From a bacterium (GTDB lineage: Bacteria > Krumholzibacteriota > Krumholzibacteriia > LZORAL124-64-63): DNA of 64,000 bases. The stretch spans positions 5,422-69,421 of the forward strand of contig JAAEQC010000202.1 in assembly GCA_024231905.1 (NCBI GenBank), read 5' to 3'. The position numbers and the translations under genes are program-made. The stretch's first letter is position 1. Each line of letters starts with the position of its first letter. The notes under the pieces are model-generated. The model ran no database searches. It was not told where the DNA came from and worked only from the letters and a program-made list of their open reading frames with translations. Shown piece by piece: positions 18,699 through 27,408 of this stretch.

Positions 18699-19988
18699 AT
18701 GAAAACCACCGACAGGAATACACACTGGCTGATTCCGCTGACGATCGTAGTCGTTGCGATTGCCGCGGGCTGTTCCGACGACGCGACAAAACCCCCGGTC
18801 GACGACGACGATCCGATCGTGACGGTCACCGGCTATCCGCTCGTCGATACGAACCAGAACCTCTGCTACGCCACGAGCGCCGAGATCGCCGCCCCGGCCG
18901 CCGGTGAGGCCTTCTATGGCCAGGACGCCCAACACGACGGCGCCCAGCCCAGCTACACCGTCAGCGACGACGGACTGACCGTGTACGACAACGTCACGGG
19001 ACTCACCTGGGTCGCCATGCCCGACACCGACGGCGACGGCGTCCTCGAATCCCCCGACGACAAGCTCACCTGGACCGAAGCGCAATCCTACCCCGCCACC
19101 TTGAATGGGTCCGGGTTCGGCGACTACGACGATTGGCGTCTGCCCACCATCAAGGAGCTCTACTCGCTGATCCTCTTCAGCGGCGAGGACGTGGCCCCCG
19201 AGGCTCCATCCGGCGACACGCCGTTCATCGACACCGACGCCTTCGAGTTCGTGTACGGCAACACGGCCGCCATGGAACGGGTCATCGACTCCCAGTACGC
19301 CAGCAGCACCCTGTACGTGGCCCCCTCGGCCGAGGGCCAGCTCCTGTTCGGCGTGAACTTCGCCGACGGCCGCATCAAGGGCTACGGCCTGACCATGCCA
19401 GGCATGGGCGACAAGACCTTCTTCGTCCAGTGCTGCCGCGGCAATACCGACTACGGGGTGAACGACTACGCCGACAACGGCGACGCAACCGTCACCGACG
19501 CCGCCACGGGTCTCATGTGGATGCAGGACGACAGCGGCGTGGGCATGAACTTGGAGGAGGCCCTGGCCTGGGTCGAGGCCCGCAACGCCGAGAGCTACCT
19601 GGGACACGGCGACTGGCGCCTGCCCAACGTGAAGGAACTGGAGAGCATCGTGGACTACACGCGGTCCCCGGCGACCACCGCCTCGGCGGCCATCGATCCG
19701 GTGTTCGACTGCACGGTGATCACCAACGAGGCGGGAGAGGACGACTACGCCTTCTACTGGAGCGGCACGACCCACGTCAGCACCATGGGCGCCATGAATG
19801 CATCCTACGTGGCCTTCGGACGGTCGCTGGGCTACATGAACGGTTCGTGGGTGGACGTGCACGGCGCCGGCTCCCAGCGTAGCGATCCGAAGGAAGGCGA
19901 CCCGGCGGACTTCCCCACGGGCCACGGGCCCCAGGGCGACGCCATCCGGATCTACAACTACGTCAGGCTGGTCAGGGACGCCGGCTGA
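18699..19988 (+). CDS. DUF1566 (Lcl C-terminal) tandem-domain lipoprotein
   Basis: Lipobox IAAGC; two DNVTGLTW/DAATGLMW..DWRLP..KEL repeats; ends YVRLVR. Confidence 0.88.
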   Translation: MKTTDRNTHWLIPLTIVVVAIAAGCSDDATKPPVDDDDPIVTVTGYPLVDTNQNLCYATSAEIAAPAAGEAFYGQDAQHDGAQPSYTVSDDGLTVYDNVTGLTWVAMPDTDGDGVLESPDDKLTWTEAQSYPATLNGSGFGDYDDWRLPTIKELYSLILFSGEDVAPEAPSGDTPFIDTDAFEFVYGNTAAMERVIDSQYASSTLYVAPSAEGQLLFGVNFADGRIKGYGLTMPGMGDKTFFVQCCRGNTDYGVNDYADNGDATVTDAATGLMWMQDDSGVGMNLEEALAWVEARNAESYLGHGDWRLPNVKELESIVDYTRSPATTASAAIDPVFDCTVITNEAGEDDYAFYWSGTTHVSTMGAMNASYVAFGRSLGYMNGSWVDVHGAGSQRSDPKEGDPADFPTGHGPQGDAIRIYNYVRLVRDAG

Positions 19989-20014
19989 TCCTTCCTTCCC
20001 GACAACCTATCCCG

Positions 20015-20039
20015 GGGGCCGCGCCCAGCGCGGCCCCTT
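20015..20039 (+). terminator. Terminator hairpin after DUF1566
   Basis: GGGGCCGCGC-cca-GCGCGGCCCC with a short T tail. Confidence 0.55.
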
Positions 20040-20082
20040 CGCCGTGGTGGGACACGGGAGACGCCTGTGCTAGGCTTCCCCC

Positions 20083-22236
20083 ATGGCTACCAATCGCTTG
20101 ACCGACCCCATCGCCGATGTCCGGGACCGCTGGCTGGTCCTCGTCCTGCTGATGATCGCTCTGGCGGTGCGCCTACCCTTCTGGCGCACCTTCGACCTCG
20201 TCACCTACGACGGCACCTACTACCTGGCCCAGGCTCGGTCCCTGCTGACGGGAGAGACCCTGCCCAGCGGATTCCCCCTGGGTTACCCCCTGCCGGTGGG
20301 GCTCCTGGATCTCGTCTGCGGTGACCTGGTGACGGCCGCCCAACTGGTCTCGCTCCTGGCGAGCCTGGGCGCGGTCGCCTGCCTCTTCGGACTGGCGCGG
20401 CATTACGTCGGCAAGGGACTAGCGGCCCTGGCGGCGCTCCTGCTGGCCGTCAACCCCCTGTTCATCCAGTACTCGTTGACGACCATGTCCGAAGCCCTCG
20501 GCGTCGCCTCCGTTCTGGCGGGCCTGCTGCTCTTCGTGAAGGGACGGTTCCTTCCCTGCGGTCTGGCGACGGGTCTGGCGGCGGTGACGCGGCCCGAACT
20601 GGCGCTGGTGGCCGTGGTCCTCGCCCTGTCGCGACTCCGGCGGTGGAGTGTTTTCGTGTCCATCGTCCTGGGCTTCGCCGCGGTCTACGCCCTGAACGCC
20701 ACGGTGCTCTCCGTGTCCGCCGGCCGGCCGGTGCTGCTGAACAAGACCGCCAACTTCATGCTGGGCCGGAATGTGCAGCACACCCTGATCACCGACGACC
20801 GCATCGACGACGTGGAGCGCGACGCCCGGCGGGACGCGGAACTAGCCAAGAAGCCCGCGAATGATCCCGTCGTCTACTACTTCAAACGCCTCCCCACGGA
20901 TCTGGGCCTGCTGCTGCGCCACACCCTGCCGGCGGTGCTCCTGCTGGCGGCGGTGGGCCTGTGGCGGACGCGGTCGCTGGTGCTGGCGGCGCCCCTGTTC
21001 TTCCTGCCGTTCATGCCCCTGTTCGCGCCGCGGTCGGAGCCCCGCTTCATCCTGCCCTACATCCCGGCGCTGCTGGTGCTGGCCGTGGCCGGCGCCGCGT
21101 CCCTGGGCCGGCGTCTGCGTCTGGCGTCGGTAGCACTGCTGGCCCTCACGGCCGTGGCCTGGCCGGTGATCGACCGCACGTCCCTGGCCGAGTCCCACGA
21201 CGCACCCCTGGTCCACAGCGGACGGGACATGGCCCAGGGTCTGGGTGACGCCCTGGGGCACGGCGACCGGCTCGCCGACCGCAAACCTTACCTGGCGTTC
21301 CACGCCGGAGCGGATTTCGTGCTCTTGCCGGCCGCGCCCTACGAGGCGACGCTCCGTTTCCTGGACGATCAGGATTGCGGCTACCTGGCCCTGCGCCGCC
21401 GCACGGTGCGGCACCGTCCGGCCCTACGACCCCTGCTGGACGACCCGGCCGTGCTGCTGGGGGAAACGCGGCTGCGGGTGCTCGTGGCCACGAACGAAGG
21501 GGATGTGATCCTGAAGGTGGAGCCGGCAGCGGATCGGCCGGCCTGGCGAAAGGTGACCATCCCGGGGGCCACTTCGTCCTTCCCGGCCTGGAGCGCAGAA
21601 GGCCGACGGGTGACGTTCGTGGTCACGGACGATCGCGGTCAGCGCCTCCTCGGTGGCTACGACCTGGACACCGACCAGCTGTTCGCCCCGGCCCAGGCCC
21701 GCCACCTGGATGGCCGGACTGCCCTTTCCCCCGACGGCCGCTGGCTCGCCCTCGTCTCCGACCGGACGGGACGGGACGAGATCTGGCTGGAATCCACCGA
21801 GACCGGTGAGCAGATCCAACTCACCGCCGACGGTGGCAGCGGCTACCCGGCCTTCTCCCCCGACAGTCGACGGCTCGCCTGGACGAGGTCCGGGGCCGGC
21901 GTGGTGATCCGCGATCTGGAGTCGGGCGGGGCGACGCAGCTCGAGGAACCGCGAACGGTGCACTTCGCCCCGGCCTGGAGCCCCGACGGCCGGCATCTGG
22001 CAGTCACCGCCGCCGACTGGGGCAGCTGGGACATCTACCTGGTCCGGGCCGACGGCGGGGGCGCTCTCTTGCTGACCCGCATGCCGGGAGAGGAGGGGAT
22101 GCCGAGCTGGAGTCCCGACGGCGACGCCCTCGCCATCATCTCGGATCGGGACGGCGCCAAGAACGTCTGGCTTCTGGAGGGCTTGGGACTGCACCTGGAA
22201 CGGCTGGCCGATCCGCGTGCCTACATGATCGACTAG
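20083..22236 (+). CDS. GT-C (PMT/ArnT-like) membrane glycosyltransferase fused to a TolB/PD40 beta-propeller
   Basis: YDGTYY, PLGYP, MSE, TRPE, RFILP GT-C motifs; C-terminal PAWS/PAFSPD/PAWSPDG/PSWSPDG repeats. Confidence 0.78.
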   Translation: MATNRLTDPIADVRDRWLVLVLLMIALAVRLPFWRTFDLVTYDGTYYLAQARSLLTGETLPSGFPLGYPLPVGLLDLVCGDLVTAAQLVSLLASLGAVACLFGLARHYVGKGLAALAALLLAVNPLFIQYSLTTMSEALGVASVLAGLLLFVKGRFLPCGLATGLAAVTRPELALVAVVLALSRLRRWSVFVSIVLGFAAVYALNATVLSVSAGRPVLLNKTANFMLGRNVQHTLITDDRIDDVERDARRDAELAKKPANDPVVYYFKRLPTDLGLLLRHTLPAVLLLAAVGLWRTRSLVLAAPLFFLPFMPLFAPRSEPRFILPYIPALLVLAVAGAASLGRRLRLASVALLALTAVAWPVIDRTSLAESHDAPLVHSGRDMAQGLGDALGHGDRLADRKPYLAFHAGADFVLLPAAPYEATLRFLDDQDCGYLALRRRTVRHRPALRPLLDDPAVLLGETRLRVLVATNEGDVILKVEPAADRPAWRKVTIPGATSSFPAWSAEGRRVTFVVTDDRGQRLLGGYDLDTDQLFAPAQARHLDGRTALSPDGRWLALVSDRTGRDEIWLESTETGEQIQLTADGGSGYPAFSPDSRRLAWTRSGAGVVIRDLESGGATQLEEPRTVHFAPAWSPDGRHLAVTAADWGSWDIYLVRADGGGALLLTRMPGEEGMPSWSPDGDALAIISDRDGAKNVWLLEGLGLHLERLADPRAYMID

Positions 22237-22598
22237 GGTCGGAGGGTCTCTGTCTTAGAAACCGCCTCGGACTTGATGCGGTCCAGCAGTTCGGCCAGGG
22301 CGGCCTTCACGTGCTCACGGATATCACCGGCAACGACGATGAAGAGCAGGTCGTCGCCGGGCGTCCGGCATCCTTCGCAAGCCTCCACCGCCACCTTGCA
22401 GATGCCTGGCCACCCCTCGAACTCGCTCCGCAGACTCTCCAGGTGCCCGTGATCCACCTTGACCTCGAGCTGGGCCACCGGCTTGCCGTCACCGCGCCTG
22501 GTACCGCGCACCATGCCGTGGTGGATGAGCACCATGCCGACCCGTTCGACGAAATCCGGATCGGTCTTCCACTCGGACACCAGGTCCTGCACGTTCAT
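22233..22598 (-). CDS. moaE: Molybdopterin synthase large subunit-like (MoaE family)
   Basis: GMVLIHHGMVR..GDDLLFIVVAGDIR..LLDRIK; follows moeA. Confidence 0.8.
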   Translation of the reverse strand: MNVQDLVSEWKTDPDFVERVGMVLIHHGMVRGTRRGDGKPVAQLEVKVDHGHLESLRSEFEGWPGICKVAVEACEGCRTPGDDLLFIVVAGDIREHVKAALAELLDRIKSEAVSKTETLRP

Positions 22599-22612
22599 GG
22601 CGGCACCTTTCT

Positions 22613-23809
22613 TCAACCGGGATTCGCGGCGAGATCGAGGACGTCGGCTTGCGCCCCCGCGGACAGACCGGCAGCGGCGGGGCCCACGAGGAGGAGCCCG
22701 TCGCAGTCAACCATGGGTACGAAATGCGAAGTCCGCTGGTCCGGCAAGGGCGTGGCGGCGAGCCCTTCCGACCCGTGATCGATACCGACCCGGACCACGT
22801 CCCAGCGGCCTTGGCGACCACGCGCGTCGGCCGTCAGGCGCGCCGGGCGGAATTCGTTCCCGAAGCGGCGGAATCCCGCCGACTTTCTCAGCACCGGCAA
22901 CAGGTAGAGGCAGGTGTTGACCACGAAAGCGAACGGGTAGCCGGGCATGCCGAAGAAGAGGCGGCCGTCGCGCCGGGCCACGAGCAACGGACGACCGGGC
23001 CGGATGTTGGTGCGGTCCACCAGCAATTCGAACCCGCTCGACTGCAGCATGGGCCGCATGAAATCGAACTTGCCCACGGAGACGCCCCCGGAGCTGACGA
23101 CCACGTCGCACGTGTCCGCCAGTTCGTCGAGACCACACCGCAGGGACGCGGGTTCGTCGGGCAGGGGGCCGAGGACCCGGCACTCCAGGCCGAGTTCCTC
23201 CACCACTCCTTGCAGATACGGGCGGTTGCAGTCGTACGCCTTGCCGGGGACGTGGTCCGCGCCGGGTGCGAACAACTCCGATCCGGTGACGAGGAGGCCG
23301 ACCCGCGGGCGCCGGTGCACCGACACCTCGCCCTGGCCCCCGTGGCAGAGGACCGCGTGACGTAGGGGATCGAGGCGGCGGCCGGCGTCGAGCAGGCGGG
23401 CTCCTGATTCGGCCTCGGCACCCGCCGGATTCACCAGATCGCCCGCTGCCACGGAGTGGTCGATCGAGATGGTGTCGCCGTCGATGGTGACGTCCTCCAC
23501 CCGCGCCACGGCGGCGCAGCCCTCTGGTACCGTCGCGCCGGTCATGACGGCGTCGGCCACGCCGGGAGGCAGCGGTCCGGACGGCACTTCGCCCGCACCC
23601 AGTACCTCCCGGATCCGATAGGACCCGGATTCGAGGTCACCGAGGGCGTAGCCGTCCACGGCGCTGCGCGGCGTATCCGGGAACGCCCGCGGCGCCAGGA
23701 TGTCGGCCGCGAGAATCCGGCCGCAGGCTTCGGCCGAGGACACAGTCTCCACCGGCAACGGCGCCGCCGCGCCCAGGAGCACCGACACGGCTTCCCGGTA
23801 GTCCAGCAT
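22613..23809 (-). CDS. moeA: Molybdopterin molybdotransferase MoeA
   Basis: RSAVDGYA, VMTGATVPEG, VTGSEL, SSGGVSVGKFD, PGRP, GMPGYP. Confidence 0.92.
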   Translation of the reverse strand: MLDYREAVSVLLGAAAPLPVETVSSAEACGRILAADILAPRAFPDTPRSAVDGYALGDLESGSYRIREVLGAGEVPSGPLPPGVADAVMTGATVPEGCAAVARVEDVTIDGDTISIDHSVAAGDLVNPAGAEAESGARLLDAGRRLDPLRHAVLCHGGQGEVSVHRRPRVGLLVTGSELFAPGADHVPGKAYDCNRPYLQGVVEELGLECRVLGPLPDEPASLRCGLDELADTCDVVVSSGGVSVGKFDFMRPMLQSSGFELLVDRTNIRPGRPLLVARRDGRLFFGMPGYPFAFVVNTCLYLLPVLRKSAGFRRFGNEFRPARLTADARGRQGRWDVVRVGIDHGSEGLAATPLPDQRTSHFVPMVDCDGLLLVGPAAAGLSAGAQADVLDLAANPG

Positions 23810-24831
23810 CACGCGCCCCGCCCGAAGGGGCAGATGGGGTAGGTGCATTCGGGGCAGAAATGGCACAGACCGCCGTGACCGGCCCGAGCCACGTCGCGCG
23901 CCGTGATCCGTTCGCCGGCCAGGATGCGCGGCAGGAATATGTCCAGGGCTGTGGCGGAGAAGAACAAGGCCGCCGCGGGCACCGCACAGACGGTCGTTCC
24001 GCCGGCATTGCCCACGGTGAAATTGTTCCCGGGCTGTACCGGATTGCCCTGGGCCCCGAACTCCACCCCCGCTTTGCGCATGGCCTGGACCGTGACGTCG
24101 TCCGGGTCCACCGAGGTGCCGCCGCTGACCAGGACCAGGTCGCAAAGATCCAGGGCCCGTTCGATGGCCGCGGCAATGGTCGACTCGTCGTCCGGCAGGA
24201 TCTCCGCGTCGGTGACCTCGACCCCGAATCCCGCCAGCTTGGCCGTCAACTGCGGCGTGAATCCGTCGGTAACGCGCCCGGTATGGACTTCGTTGCCTGT
24301 GACCAGGACGGCGGCGGTCCGAACCACATATGGTTTGACCTCCATGACCGGCGTGGCCAGCTCCGCGTGCAGGGCCTCGATCAACTCCGGCGAGCAGCTC
24401 AGGGGAATGATCCGGAACGCGGCCACGAGTTTGTCCGGGGTGACGGGGAAGTTGTCGTGGATGGTGGGCAGGGACGGCACGCCCAGGGCATTGATCCGCT
24501 CCAGCCGGTCCACGTCGACCTTGAAGACACCGGCGCAGGCGGCGCGAAAGCCGATCTTGCCTTCCTTGGGCTGCGCGCCGTGAACGATGTTGGGGCCGGC
24601 GATGAGAGGCGCCGTCATGAGCGCGGCATCGTCCTCGTGGACCTCGGGCTCGTCGCCCTCCCACACGTAGATGTGCTCCTTGCCCAGGCGGGCCAGGGCT
24701 GCCAGGTCGTCCGGGCCCACCACATGGCCACGGGGGAACGCCACACCCTTGCGGCGCCGCTCCGGACACACTTCCGTCAGGTCGTGGCCCAGGGCGAGTC
24801 CGACCGCGTCATCGAGTGCGACTTTCCTCAT
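23809..24831 (-). CDS. Molybdopterin-binding (MoeA C-domain-like) protein with C-terminal Cys cluster
   Basis: LGHDLTE..KG; VTGNEV..GRVTD; SGGTSVDPDD; GHGGLCHFCPECTYPICPFG. Confidence 0.85.
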   Translation of the reverse strand: MRKVALDDAVGLALGHDLTEVCPERRRKGVAFPRGHVVGPDDLAALARLGKEHIYVWEGDEPEVHEDDAALMTAPLIAGPNIVHGAQPKEGKIGFRAACAGVFKVDVDRLERINALGVPSLPTIHDNFPVTPDKLVAAFRIIPLSCSPELIEALHAELATPVMEVKPYVVRTAAVLVTGNEVHTGRVTDGFTPQLTAKLAGFGVEVTDAEILPDDESTIAAAIERALDLCDLVLVSGGTSVDPDDVTVQAMRKAGVEFGAQGNPVQPGNNFTVGNAGGTTVCAVPAAALFFSATALDIFLPRILAGERITARDVARAGHGGLCHFCPECTYPICPFGRGA

Positions 24832-25090
24832 GGTCTATCCTTTCGCGGTCCCGCCTATGGCGAACCGGAACCTCCCCATGGATCGACGATGGTCAACCAG
24901 GGGGGAATGCGCAACCCGCGAATGTCCCGGAAGTGTCAATATCCCAGGAGGTTAGTAGGCCCACATAACGAGGAGATACCGCCCCGAACACATCCTGTGG
25001 AAAGATCGTCGACGATTAGTCTAAACCCTCCTCCCCTACCGTACGTCTTCATGGTACCCCCGCGACTCGAAACCAACCCGGAGGACCGCC

Positions 25091-25759
25091 ATGCGCTTCC
25101 GTCACGCCGCCCCCGTACTCTGCGCACTGTTGCTCATCGCCGTCGTCACCATGCCCGCTGAGGCCCGCTGGGGCCGGACCATCGAGGGCTCCGGCGACAT
25201 GGAAACCCGCGAGCTGGACCTGGATACGTTCGACGCCATCGACCTGGGCGGCGCCTTCGAGGTCACCATCACTTTCGGCGACTACCAGAAGATCGAAGTG
25301 ACCATCGACGACAATCTCTGGGACAACCTCGAAGCCGACGTGAAGGGCGGCGTCCTGGAGATCGGCTGGGACAAGAGCTGCAACCCGGACGACGACTGCG
25401 AGATCGTCATCGTCATGAAGGAACTGGAACGCTTCGACGTCCACGGCGCCTGCTCCGCCCTCATCGAGGACTTCGACGGCGACCGCTTCGAGTTCACGGT
25501 CTCGGGCGCGGCCGACCTGGATATCGACGGCGAGGTCGACGAGCTGGAAATCCAGATCTCCGGTGCCGGCGACCTGGACGCCCGCAGCCTGAAGGCCAAG
25601 CACGTGAAGGTGCGCATCTCCGGCGCCGGCAACGGTGAGCTGTACGCCAGCGAGAGCATCGACGCACGCATCTCCGGCGCCGGCAGCCTCGACTACTGGG
25701 GCAGCCCGGAGAAAGAGAAGACCAAGGTGTCCGGCGTGGGTAGCATCGACTCTCACTGA
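25091..25759 (+). CDS. DUF2807 / head GIN beta-helix exported protein
   Basis: IEGSG..ETRE, repeated ISGAG motifs, YWGSP..SGVGSI. Confidence 0.85.
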   Translation: MRFRHAAPVLCALLLIAVVTMPAEARWGRTIEGSGDMETRELDLDTFDAIDLGGAFEVTITFGDYQKIEVTIDDNLWDNLEADVKGGVLEIGWDKSCNPDDDCEIVIVMKELERFDVHGACSALIEDFDGDRFEFTVSGAADLDIDGEVDELEIQISGAGDLDARSLKAKHVKVRISGAGNGELYASESIDARISGAGSLDYWGSPEKEKTKVSGVGSIDSH

Positions 25760-25926
25760 CGACCCAGCGGACGCCATGGCGGGGACCGGATCCGGGCATG
25801 TTCCCATGCCGGGATCGGGTCCCCGTTTCGCGTGCCGCCGGGCGAGTCGATTGTGGCGACCGGCGAGGTTTGCTAGACTTGAGCCGTATCATCGACACGT
25901 CGCCCACCCCCGGAAAGCCGCCAGCC

Positions 25927-27396
25927 ATGAAGACTCCGCGCCCGTTCGTCCGCATCCTGGCCTTGGCCCTCGGCCTGGCGGCCCTGCCTGCCACGGTGGC
26001 TGTGCCCGCCCTGCCGGCCGGCGATCAGGGACGGCGAGCCTTCCGTCCCCACGTGCTCGTACTGGCCATCGACACCCTGCGGGCCGACCACCTGCACTGC
26101 CTGGGCAAGTCCGACATCGCCACGCCCCACATGGACGGCCTGGCTGCCGACGGCGTGCTCTTCACCCGCGCCCATTCCACGGCGCCCTGGACCCTGCCCT
26201 CCTTCGCGTCCATCTACACGGGCCTGCGACCCTACCGGCATGGGGCCATCGGCGGCGACTACGCTCGCCTGCCCCGCGAGACCGGCACCATGGCCGAGTA
26301 CCTGCGTGGCCAGCGCTACGCCACGGCCGCCTGGGTCACCATCAACTGGCTCAACGCCCAGTGCGGCATGAACCAGGGCTTCAAGCATTTTCGTTTCATC
26401 GGCTCGACCGCCCGCGACGGCACAGCCCAGGCCTCGGCCATCACCCACCAGGCCATGAACTGGCTCGACGGCAAGAAGACCGGCCGCGGCCGCCGTTCCA
26501 AGTACCGCCAGCCGGGCCAGCCCTTCTTCGCCTTCGTCCATTGGTTCGACGTGCACGCGCCCTACACGCCCCCCGCCCCCTTCGACCGTATGTACTACGA
26601 GGGGGACGAGAAGGCCGGCGGCACGCCGGTCCTGGACCTGCTGCTGTCGAACCGCAACAAGGCCCGGCCCAAGGCCCAGAACGCCGGCATGTACGACTGG
26701 CTCTCGGGCGTGACGGACCTGGACTTCCCGGTGAAGCAGTATGCGGCGGGCGTGTCCTACGTGGACGACCACGTAGGCCGGGTCCTGGCCAAGCTGAAGG
26801 AGCGGGGCGAGTACGACGACACCCTGATCATCCTCGTCTCCGACCACGGTGAGCACCTGGTGGACCACGGCATGTACTTCACCCACAAGGAGCCCTACCA
26901 GGAGACGATCCACGTCCCTCTGATCATCAAGCTGCCGCGCGGCGTTGCCCACGGCCGGGTGATCGAGACACCCGTCTCCACCCTCGACATCCTGCCCACG
27001 GTGCTGGAGACCTGCGGCCTTGAGGTCCCCGGGGACCTGGACGGACGCAGCCTGCTCGGGCTCATGCGCGGCGAGGACGTCGGCGGCACCTCCCTGCTCG
27101 TGTCCGAGCGCGGCGCCGCCCCGGACGACTTCACCAAGACCCTCATCGAGTGGCCCTGGAAGCTCATGGTCATCAAGAAGGACGGCCGGGTGGAGAACCG
27201 GCTCTACCATCTGGAGGACGATCCCGGCGAGATCCACGACGTTTCCAGGCGCCATCAACAGACAGCCGAGCGTCTGCGGGAGCGGATGTGGACCCTGCAT
27301 GATCCCGAGTCGCCGTTGCTGGCGGTGCCGGGGGAGGAACGGCCGGCGGAGCTGGATGCGGCGGAGAGGGAGAAGTTGCGGGCGTTGGGGTACTAG
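25927..27396 (+). CDS. Sulfatase-like (alkaline phosphatase superfamily) exported protein
   Basis: IDTLRADH, APWTLPSFASIYTG, HWFDVHAPY, SDHGE, C-terminal LRALGY. Confidence 0.88.
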   Translation: MKTPRPFVRILALALGLAALPATVAVPALPAGDQGRRAFRPHVLVLAIDTLRADHLHCLGKSDIATPHMDGLAADGVLFTRAHSTAPWTLPSFASIYTGLRPYRHGAIGGDYARLPRETGTMAEYLRGQRYATAAWVTINWLNAQCGMNQGFKHFRFIGSTARDGTAQASAITHQAMNWLDGKKTGRGRRSKYRQPGQPFFAFVHWFDVHAPYTPPAPFDRMYYEGDEKAGGTPVLDLLLSNRNKARPKAQNAGMYDWLSGVTDLDFPVKQYAAGVSYVDDHVGRVLAKLKERGEYDDTLIILVSDHGEHLVDHGMYFTHKEPYQETIHVPLIIKLPRGVAHGRVIETPVSTLDILPTVLETCGLEVPGDLDGRSLLGLMRGEDVGGTSLLVSERGAAPDDFTKTLIEWPWKLMVIKKDGRVENRLYHLEDDPGEIHDVSRRHQQTAERLRERMWTLHDPESPLLAVPGEERPAELDAAEREKLRALGY

Positions 27397-27408
27397 GACC
27401 TGCGGTCT

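Noticed and set aside
24832-24960. Moco riboswitch or a sixth ECF promoter upstream of the Moco genes
   Set aside because: No recognisable Moco RNA structure; the GAAAGGA here is the ribosome-binding site and lacks GTT at the 16-nt spacing
25022-25047. TAAAC-N17-CGTC ECF-like promoter before the DUF2807 gene
   Set aside because: Plausible but a single short match with no second copy for support
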